Source of the DNA: Methylorubrum extorquens
GTDB lineage: Bacteria > Pseudomonadota > Alphaproteobacteria > Rhizobiales > Beijerinckiaceae
DNA: 32,000 nt
Reading direction: 5' to 3'
Assembly (NCBI GenBank): GCA_900234795.1
Contig: LT962688.1
Coordinates: forward strand, 4,140,001-4,172,000
Position numbers and translations under genes: made by a program. The notes under the pieces are model-generated. The model saw only the letters and a list, made by a program, of their open reading frames with translations. It did not search any database and was not told where the DNA came from. This document shows, in pieces, positions 25,518 through 32,000 of the stretch. The stretch's first letter is position 1; every line of letters starts with the position of its first letter.

Positions 25518-28145
25518 TCAGACCACCAGATTGACGATCCGCCCCGGCACGACGATGACCTTGCGCGGGGCCCGGCCTTCGAGGGCGCGTTGCACCGGTT
25601 CCAGGGCCAGCGTCGCCGCCTCGACGGCCTTGGCGTCCGCATCGCGCGGAACGGTCACGTCCGCCCGCTTCTTGCCGTTGATCTGGACCGGAAGGGTGAT
25701 CTCATCCTCGACCAGCAGCGCCTGATCGGCCACCGGCCAAGCCGTCTCGGCGACGAGCCCCTTCCCGCCCAGCACGCGCCAGGATTCCTCGGCGAGATGC
25801 GGCATCATCGGTGCGATGAGCTGCACGAGGATGCGGGCCGCCTCGCCCGCCGCGGCCTTCGAGGCACCTCCGCGCAGGCCCTCGTCGAGGGCGTTGGCTA
25901 GGGTGTAGATGTGGGCCACGCAGCGGTTGAAGCGCAGGCGCTCGATATCCTCGCCAACGGCGGCGAGCGCCTTGTGGGCGGCCTTGCGCAGGGGAGCATC
26001 GGCGGTGCCGCCGGGCCCGTTCGCGGCCGTCGCGCCGTGGACGAGGCGCCAGACGCGCTGCACGAAGCGGGCCGCACCCTGCACGCCCTCTTCGGTCCAG
26101 ATCACATCACGCTCGGGCGGCGAGTCGGAGAGCATGAACCAGCGCGCGGTATCAGCGCCGTAGCTGGCGATGATGTCGTCGGGGTCGACGACGTTCTTCT
26201 TCGACTTCGACATCTTCTCGGTCGGGCCGATCTCGATCGGTTCGCCGGTTTTCACGTGAAATGCCTTGCGCGCTCCGTCTTGCGTCTCGAAGCGAATCTC
26301 GGCGGGCGGCGTCCAGGCGCCGGCCGCATCCTTGTAGGTCTCGTGGACGACCATGCCCTGCGTGAACAGGCCCGCAAACGGCTCGGACACCCCGGACCAG
26401 CCCGTCGCCTGCATCGCCCGCATGAAGAAGCGCGAGTAGAGCAGGTGCAGGATCGCGTGCTCGACACCGCCGATATACTGGTCCACGGCCAGCCAGTGAT
26501 CGACCGTCTTACGGTCGGTCGGCGCGTCGGCGAGCCAGGGCGCGGTGAAGCGGGCGTAGTACCAGGACGAATCGACGAAGGTATCCATGGTGTCGGTCTC
26601 GCGCCGCGCCGCCGCGCCGCAGCGCGGGCACGGCACTTGACGCCACGCTTGGTCCCGCTCCAGCGGGTTGCCGGGCTGGTCGAACGAAACCTCGTCCGGC
26701 AGCTTCACCGGCAGGTCTTCCACCGGCACCGGCACCGGGCCGCAGGCCTCGCAATGGATGATCGGGATCGGGCAACCCCAGTAGCGCTGGCGCGACACGC
26801 CCCAATCGCGCAGGCGGAACTGGACCTTCCGGCGGGCGACCGGGGCATCACCCAGCGTCTCGCCCTCGAGGCGGTCGGCGACGGCCTTGAACGCGTCGTC
26901 GGTGGTCATGCCGTCGAGGAAGCGCGAATGGATCATCCGCCCGTCCCCGTCATAGGCGGTGTCGGTGATGAGGAAGGCGTCCGGGTCCTGGCCCTCGGGG
27001 CAGACCACCGGCGTGTTGCCGAGCCCGTACTTGTTGGCGAAGTCGAGGTCGCGCTGGTCGTGGGCCGGGCAGCCGAACACGGCGCCGGTGCCGTACTCCA
27101 TCAGCACGAAGTTCGCGACGAAGACCGGCAGCTCCCAGGACGGATCGAGCGGGTGGCGCACCGTGAGTCCGGTGTCGAACCCGAGCTTCTCCGCCGTATC
27201 GATCGCCTCCTGCGCCGTGCCGATGCGGCGGCACTCCTCGGCGAAGGCTTGCAGCTCCGCGGCCTTCGGGCCGGATTCGGCCAGCGCCCGGGCGAGCGGG
27301 TGATCGACGGAGATCGCCAGGAACTTGGCGCCGAACAGCGTGTCGGGGCGGGTGGTGTAGACCGTCACCTCGTCCGTGCCGGCGAACGGCGCGGCGAGGG
27401 CGAAGCGCACCTCCAGCCCCTCCGAGCGGCCGATCCAGTTGCGCTGCATCAGCCGGACCTTTTCCGGCCAGCGCTCCAGGCCGTCGAGGGCGTCGTGCAG
27501 ATCCTGCGCGAAATCGGTGATCTTGAAGAACCACTGGGTCAGCTCGCGCTGCTCGACGAGCGCGCCCGAGCGCCAGCCGCGCCCGTCGATCACCTGCTCG
27601 TTGGCGAGCACGGTGTGATCGACCGGGTCCCAGTTCACCTTCGCCGTGCGGCGGGTGACGAGCCCCTTGCCCAGGAAGTCGAGGAACATGCGCTGCTGGT
27701 GCTTGTAGTAGTCGGGATCGCAGGTCGCGATCTCCCGGCTCCAGTCCAGCGACAGGCCCATGCTCTGGAGCTGTCCGCGCATGGTGGCGATGTTGGCGTA
27801 GGTCCACTCCCGCGGGTTGACCTTGCGCTCCATGGCGGCGTTCTCGGCCGGCAGGCCGAAGGCGTCCCAGCCCATCGGGTGCAGCACGTTGTGGCCCTTG
27901 GCACGCTTGTAGCGGGCCACCACGTCGCCCATCGCGTAGTTGCGCACATGGCCGATATGGATGCGCCCCGACGGGTAGGGGAACATTTCCAGCACGTAGT
28001 ATTTGGGGCGGGGATCGTCGTTCTTCGTCTCGAACAGCTTGGCCGCATCCCAGGCCTGCTGCCAGCGCGGCTCGGCGTCCTTGGCGTTGTAGCGCTCTTG
28101 GTGGCGCTCCTGCGCGGTCGGGGAGGGCTGTGCGGAATCGGTCAT
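25518..28145 (-). CDS. leuS: Leucine--tRNA ligase
   Basis: The HIGH motif ([15 protein letters not shown]) and the KMSKS motif (EKMSKSKKN) are present, along with the CP1 editing domain and a zinc-like CPRCG. The start at 28145 gives MTDSAQPS. Confidence 0.97.
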   Translation of the reverse strand: MTDSAQPSPTAQERHQERYNAKDAEPRWQQAWDAAKLFETKNDDPRPKYYVLEMFPYPSGRIHIGHVRNYAMGDVVARYKRAKGHNVLHPMGWDAFGLPAENAAMERKVNPREWTYANIATMRGQLQSMGLSLDWSREIATCDPDYYKHQQRMFLDFLGKGLVTRRTAKVNWDPVDHTVLANEQVIDGRGWRSGALVEQRELTQWFFKITDFAQDLHDALDGLERWPEKVRLMQRNWIGRSEGLEVRFALAAPFAGTDEVTVYTTRPDTLFGAKFLAISVDHPLARALAESGPKAAELQAFAEECRRIGTAQEAIDTAEKLGFDTGLTVRHPLDPSWELPVFVANFVLMEYGTGAVFGCPAHDQRDLDFANKYGLGNTPVVCPEGQDPDAFLITDTAYDGDGRMIHSRFLDGMTTDDAFKAVADRLEGETLGDAPVARRKVQFRLRDWGVSRQRYWGCPIPIIHCEACGPVPVPVEDLPVKLPDEVSFDQPGNPLERDQAWRQVPCPRCGAAARRETDTMDTFVDSSWYYARFTAPWLADAPTDRKTVDHWLAVDQYIGGVEHAILHLLYSRFFMRAMQATGWSGVSEPFAGLFTQGMVVHETYKDAAGAWTPPAEIRFETQDGARKAFHVKTGEPIEIGPTEKMSKSKKNVVDPDDIIASYGADTARWFMLSDSPPERDVIWTEEGVQGAARFVQRVWRLVHGATAANGPGGTADAPLRKAAHKALAAVGEDIERLRFNRCVAHIYTLANALDEGLRGGASKAAAGEAARILVQLIAPMMPHLAEESWRVLGGKGLVAETAWPVADQALLVEDEITLPVQINGKKRADVTVPRDADAKAVEAATLALEPVQRALEGRAPRKVIVVPGRIVNLVV

Positions 28146-28450
28146 CGGGAGCGCCGGGATCAGCGGAAAAGGGAGTGGCCGCACGCAACGGTGTCGCGGG
28201 GCCGAAGCCCGGCACGTAGCATATCCGTGCGGCCAAGGGTCAACGCTCGGCGCGGTTCAGATCTGCTGATAGACTGCCACCACGCGATCGGAGCGGCGCC
28301 TGCGCGCGTTGGGCCTGGGCGTCGGTGGGCGTATCGAACATCGGCGGGGCTTCTCCGCTCGAATCGGGAGAGGCCAGATATCGCCGGCGCGAAGCTGGGA
28401 AACACGCCACGACCCTTGAAGTCGCGTCTGCGCCGCCGCAAGGAGGGCCC

Positions 28451-29194
28451 ATGATGGATGAGAGCCAGACCCCGGATCAGATCTTGGATCAGACCCTGGA
28501 CGCCAAGCCGCCGGTCGGCGAGGCCGATGTCGCCGCCGGGCTCGCGGAGGTGCGCGCGAGCATCCGCCGGGCCGCCGAGGACAACGAGCGCGATCCGGCC
28601 AGCGTCCACCTCGTCGCCGTCTCGAAGACGGTGCCGGCCGAGGGCATCCTGCCGGCTTTGGAGGCCGGCCAGCGGCTCTTCGGCGAGAACTACGTGCAGG
28701 AATCCAAGGCCAAGTGGCCCGCGCTTCGAGAGCGCTTTCCGGATGTCGAGCTGCACCTCGTCGGCCCGCTCCAGTCGAACAAGGCGCGCGAAGCGGTCGA
28801 GCTGTTCGACGTGATCCATTCCCTCGACCGGCTGTCGCTCGCTGCGGCGCTCGCCAAGGAGATCGAGCGGAGCGGCCGGGCGCCCAAGCTCCTGATCCAG
28901 GTCAATACCGGCGACGAGACGCAGAAGGCGGGCGTCTCCCCCGATCAGGTCGACGTCCTGCTCTCAGAGTGCCGTGAGACCCACAATCTCGCGATCCACG
29001 GCCTAATGTGCATCCCGCCGGCCGAAGACCCGCCCTCCCCTCATTTCGCCCTGCTGGCCCGCATCGCCGAGCGCCACGGCCTGCCGATCCTGTCGATGGG
29101 TATGAGCGCGGATTTTCCGGCGGCGATCCAGATGGGCGCCACCCATGTCCGCGTCGGCACGGCCATCTTCGGCCGGCGGACGAAGCGGGCTTGA
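28451..29194 (+). CDS. yggS: YggS-family pyridoxal phosphate homeostasis protein
   Basis: Motifs seen are LVAVSKT (the PLP lysine), FGENYVQE, HLVGPLQSNK, LSMGMSADF and HVRVGTAIFG. An AGGAGG RBS lies 4 nt upstream of the ATG at 28451. Confidence 0.9.
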   Translation: MMDESQTPDQILDQTLDAKPPVGEADVAAGLAEVRASIRRAAEDNERDPASVHLVAVSKTVPAEGILPALEAGQRLFGENYVQESKAKWPALRERFPDVELHLVGPLQSNKAREAVELFDVIHSLDRLSLAAALAKEIERSGRAPKLLIQVNTGDETQKAGVSPDQVDVLLSECRETHNLAIHGLMCIPPAEDPPSPHFALLARIAERHGLPILSMGMSADFPAAIQMGATHVRVGTAIFGRRTKRA

Positions 29195-29233
29195 ACGGCT
29201 GCCCGCACTATCGATGAGCCGGTTAACGACCGA

Positions 29234-29827
29234 TCATCGTCCAATCTTCATCCGCGTTCGCGGCCCGAGGCGGCGGAGCAGGCGCAGCAGGTCGGCGGGT
29301 TTCAGGGCGACGCAGCCTTCCGTCGGCCGGTAGCCACTGCGGGCGATGTGCAGGAAGATCGCCGAGCCCCGGCCCGGACGGATCGGACCGCGGTTGTAAT
29401 CGAGGTCGATCACGAGGTCGTAGAGCCCGTCGTCGCGCCAGAGCTGCTCGGCGCTCGCCGCCGTGCTCGGCAGCCGGATCGGCCGGTTGTAGCGGCGATC
29501 CTGGGGCGCGTCGCACCAGCCGTCGTCCCGTCGCGTCGCCCGGAGAGGAAGCCCACTGACGGGGCGGACGGGGAAGCGGTCGGGCCGATAGAACCCGCCC
29601 CGCAGGCGAAAGATGCCCCGTGGCGAGGCCCCGTCCCCTTCCCGCTTCTGCGTCGTGATGCCGGAACGTCCGAGGGCACAGGGAATCACGACCCCGCCTG
29701 CGATCAGCGTGCCGCGGGTCGGATCGCCCGGCAGCGGGCGCACCCGCAGCAGGCCGAGGGCGCCGGACGGCCTTCCCTTTGCTGAAGTGGCGGCCCCAGT
29801 CTGCTTTGCAACTTGAGCGCGGCGCAT
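29234..29827 (-). CDS. L,D-transpeptidase catalytic-domain (YkuD-like) family protein
   Basis: Motifs seen are KREGDGASPRG, DGWCDAP..RYNRPIRLP, SAEQLWRDDGLYDLVIDLDYN, and the catalytic SAIFLHIARSGYRPTEGCVAL (His...Cys). The start is uncertain, with ATGs at 29827 and 29875. No signal peptide is visible. Confidence 0.65.
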   Translation of the reverse strand: MRRAQVAKQTGAATSAKGRPSGALGLLRVRPLPGDPTRGTLIAGGVVIPCALGRSGITTQKREGDGASPRGIFRLRGGFYRPDRFPVRPVSGLPLRATRRDDGWCDAPQDRRYNRPIRLPSTAASAEQLWRDDGLYDLVIDLDYNRGPIRPGRGSAIFLHIARSGYRPTEGCVALKPADLLRLLRRLGPRTRMKIGR

Positions 29828-30117
29828 TGCCAGTTTGTCCCAGCTTGCTCCGAGCTTTGCCCGGCCTGACGTCATGTCGCGGCAAAGAAAGGTGGAACAT
29901 GGCGAAAATTCTGCATAAGCGCGCAATCTGGATTTCCCGGCGCGCAAAACGAACTAGGTTTGTCGTCAGGCGGCACCGTATGGGTTCCGTCCGCGGCCAA
30001 CCAATGGGCCATATGCCTATTCGGATCGGCGTGCCGCGATGAAATCGTCTTGGCCGCCTGCGTGATCTCCGTGCGACGTCCAGGTGTCCGGAAAGCTTGT
30101 TGAGAGCCGCTGCGTCG

Positions 30118-30804
30118 ATGTCCAACCCCTATTGCCTCCTCGTCTGTGACGACGACGACGCCCTGCGTGAGGCATTGACGGAACAGATCGACGCCTACGA
30201 CGAATTCTCCGTCATCGGCGAGCCGACGGCGACTGGGGCGCTGAACCGCGTCACGCAGGAGCCGGTCGATCTCGTGGTGATGGATGTCGCGTTGCCGGAC
30301 ATGGACGGGCGCGAGGCCGTGCGGACCCTGCGCCGCAACGGCTATCGCGGCCCGATCATCATGCTGACTGCGCAGGAATCCGACGACGACATGGTCGAGG
30401 GCCTCGAGGCGGGCGCCAACGATTACGTGGTCAAGCCATTCAAGTTCGCCGTGCTTCTCGCCCGCATCCGGGTGCAACTGCGCCAGCATGAGGCGAGCGA
30501 GGATGCGGTGTTCCGCATCGGCCCCTACACCTTCCGGCCCGGTGCCAAGCTGCTGGTCGGGGAGCGCGGCTCCAAGCTGAAGCTCACCGAGAAGGAGACG
30601 GCGATTCTGCGCTACCTCTACCGGGCGGGCCGCGAGGTGGTCGGGCGCGATACGCTGCTCGCCGAGGTGTGGGGCTACAATGCCCACGTCACCACCCACA
30701 CCCTCGAAACGCACATCTACCGGCTGCGCCAGAAGATCGAGCCGAACCCGGCGGTCGCCGCGATCCTCGTCACCGAAGGCGGCGGCTACAAGCTGCTGCC
30801 CTGA
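30118..30804 (+). CDS. OmpR/PhoB-family response regulator (no adjacent histidine kinase)
   Basis: The receiver domain has LLVCDDDD, the phospho-acceptor context LVVMDVALPDMDG, MLTA and VVKPF. The winged-helix output domain has LTEKETAILRYL...THTLETHIYRLRQKIE...GGGYKL. Confidence 0.9.
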   Translation: MSNPYCLLVCDDDDALREALTEQIDAYDEFSVIGEPTATGALNRVTQEPVDLVVMDVALPDMDGREAVRTLRRNGYRGPIIMLTAQESDDDMVEGLEAGANDYVVKPFKFAVLLARIRVQLRQHEASEDAVFRIGPYTFRPGAKLLVGERGSKLKLTEKETAILRYLYRAGREVVGRDTLLAEVWGYNAHVTTHTLETHIYRLRQKIEPNPAVAAILVTEGGGYKLLP

Positions 30805-30990
30805 GGGCCGATCCGGCACCGGTATCCACGGTCCCGCACAGCCTGCGGCCGGGCAGCGTATCGCATCGCCTCCGCATCGGTTAAGCTTGCGCCCGGATCG
30901 TCAAGCATCGTCCCGAAAGGTGGTCGCCGGCTTTCGGAAGCGAGGCGATGCAAAAGGCGTAGCGTATCGCGGCCAAGGGGCGGAGAGGCG

Positions 30991-31458
30991 TTGGGGCTCG
31001 ACGACGACATCGCGATCCTCGCCGCGGCCCCCGTGTTCGAGCTGTTCGGGCGCGACGCCCTGCGCCTGCTCTGCTTTGCCGGCGAGCGCCGCCTCCTGGG
31101 GGAGGGCGACCTGCTGTTCGCCCGCGGCGAGCCGTCCGACGGCGGCTACGTCGTCATGTCCGGCACCATCGCCCTCGTCCCCCTGCGGTCCGGTGCGGAG
31201 CCGGTGACGGTGTCCCGCTCCGGAGTCATCGGGCGCAATGCCCTCTTCCGCCCAGTCGAGCGGCCGGCGGATGCGCGCGCGGCCGAGCCGTCCGAAGTGA
31301 TGCGCGTGACGCCCTCGGTGATGAGCCGCGTCCTGCGCGAGTTTCCCGACGCGGCGGCGGCGATCCGTGACGGCATGGCCGAGGAGCTGCGCGATCTCGT
31401 GCAGGGCCTGTCCGGCGTGCGCGAGCGGCTTGTGGGCCTCGTGCCACGCAAACGGTGA
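30991..31458 (+). CDS. Cyclic nucleotide-binding domain protein (stand-alone, no HTH)
   Basis: The sequence FELFGRDALRLLCFAGERRLLGEGDLLFARGEPSDGGYVVMSGTIAL...IGRNALF resembles a cNMP-binding beta-roll. The start is TTG, and the product is 155 aa. Confidence 0.55.
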   Translation: MGLDDDIAILAAAPVFELFGRDALRLLCFAGERRLLGEGDLLFARGEPSDGGYVVMSGTIALVPLRSGAEPVTVSRSGVIGRNALFRPVERPADARAAEPSEVMRVTPSVMSRVLREFPDAAAAIRDGMAEELRDLVQGLSGVRERLVGLVPRKR

Positions 31459-31506
31459 CAGGACCGGGCGGCTTTTGTAAGCACGACCACCTTTTACGCT
31501 GAACGC

Positions 31507-31540
31507 GAGACGCCGGCCCGATCGCATCGGCCGACGTCTC
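31507..31540 (+). terminator. Long imperfect hairpin GAGACGCCGGCC-N10-GGCCGACGTCTC
   Basis: The stem pairs at 11 of 12 positions. It lies 49 nt after the cNMP-domain gene and 80 nt before dapD. A pyrimidine-rich tail follows, but no clean U-tract. Confidence 0.3.
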
Positions 31541-31620
31541 TCGATCCTCGTGTCAACGTACATTCTCTCGACGAACCGGTTGCCGCTTCGTCGGAATGCC
31601 CTTCAGTCCGGAAAACCCCG

Positions 31621-32000
31621 ATGTCACACGCCGATCTCGAAAAGACCATCGAAGCCGCCTGGGAGGAGCGCGCCGGCATCTCGACCGCGACCACCGGCGC
31701 CGTGCGCGAGGCGGTGGACGAGGCGCTGAACCTGCTCGATTCCGGTCAGGCCCGGGTCGCCGAAAAGGCGGGCGATTCCTGGCAGGTCAACCAGTGGCTC
31801 AAGAAGGCGGTGCTGCTCTCCTTCCGCCTCAACGACATGGTGCCGATCGAGGGCGGACCCGGCTCCTCCGCGTGGTGGGACAAGGTGCCCTCGAAGTTCG
31901 CCAACTGGGGCGAGGCCGAGTTCCGCGCCGCCGGCTTCCGCGCCGTGCCGGGCTGCTTCGTGCGCCGCGGCTCCTACATCGCACCGGGCGCGGTGCTGAT
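31621..32000 (+). CDS. dapD: 2,3,4,5-tetrahydropyridine-2,6-dicarboxylate N-succinyltransferase (N-terminal part; continues past window end)
   Basis: Hand translation gives [73 protein letters not shown]...WWDKVPSKF...GFRAVPG. This is a typical DapD N-terminal domain. Confidence 0.9.
   Translation, partial: MSHADLEKTIEAAWEERAGISTATTGAVREAVDEALNLLDSGQARVAEKAGDSWQVNQWLKKAVLLSFRLNDMVPIEGGPGSSAWWDKVPSKFANWGEAEFRAAGFRAVPGCFVRRGSYIAPGAVL

Noticed and set aside
26248-26263. A parS-like sequence GTTTTCACGTGAAATG inside leuS.
   Set aside because: It matches the parS consensus at only 12/16 positions. The inner TTTCACGTGAAA is conserved but both outer dinucleotides are wrong. It is not symmetric and lies 6 kb from parAB. 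I treat it as a possible weak site at best and not as a feature.
1-32000. A search for tRNA/rRNA genes, CRISPR repeats, and transposase, integrase or phage genes.
   Set aside because: By eye I found no T-loop GTTCGAATC-type sequences in tRNA context. I found no regularly spaced direct repeats. No ORF has DDE, tyrosine-recombinase or serine-recombinase signatures. A covariance-model or HMM scan would be needed to be definitive.

Overview
This is a very GC-rich alphaproteobacterial chromosomal segment. Gene content and composition suggest Rhizobiales, Methylobacterium-like, which is an inference. Most of the window is core housekeeping. In order: metF (partial), a decayed ArsR-methyltransferase regulator, a patatin-like lipase, ispG, kup, a TonB-dependent siderophore receptor, hisC-tyrC, lptE-holA, the partition/tRNA-modification block parB-parA-rsmG-mnmG-mnmE, leuS, yggS, an L,D-transpeptidase-family gene, an orphan OmpR-type response regulator, a cNMP-binding protein, and dapD (partial). 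I saw no tRNA, rRNA, CRISPR array, transposase or integrase. Accessory content is small. It comprises a GT92-like glycosyltransferase, a DUF6516/TumE-like toxin with an HTH antitoxin, and DUF2125 and unknown proteins. The most interesting accessory item is a 1.7-kb two-gene module (DUF6894 small protein plus a PAS-PAS-XRE regulator, diverging from a strikingly AT-rich spacer). It sits inside the normally contiguous mnmE-mnmG junction and is bracketed by a 9-bp direct repeat. Other findings: (1) two +1 frameshifts in G-runs of the ArsR-MTase gene upstream of metF, plus a perfect 20-bp palindrome over its start codon; (2) a perfect 16-bp parS embedded in rsmG codons; (3) an Irr/ICE-like box upstream of the TonB-dependent receptor; (4) a gene order consistent with a ~9-kb inversion that uncoupled leuS from lptE-holA. 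All calls come from hand translation and motif recognition. No database search was run.
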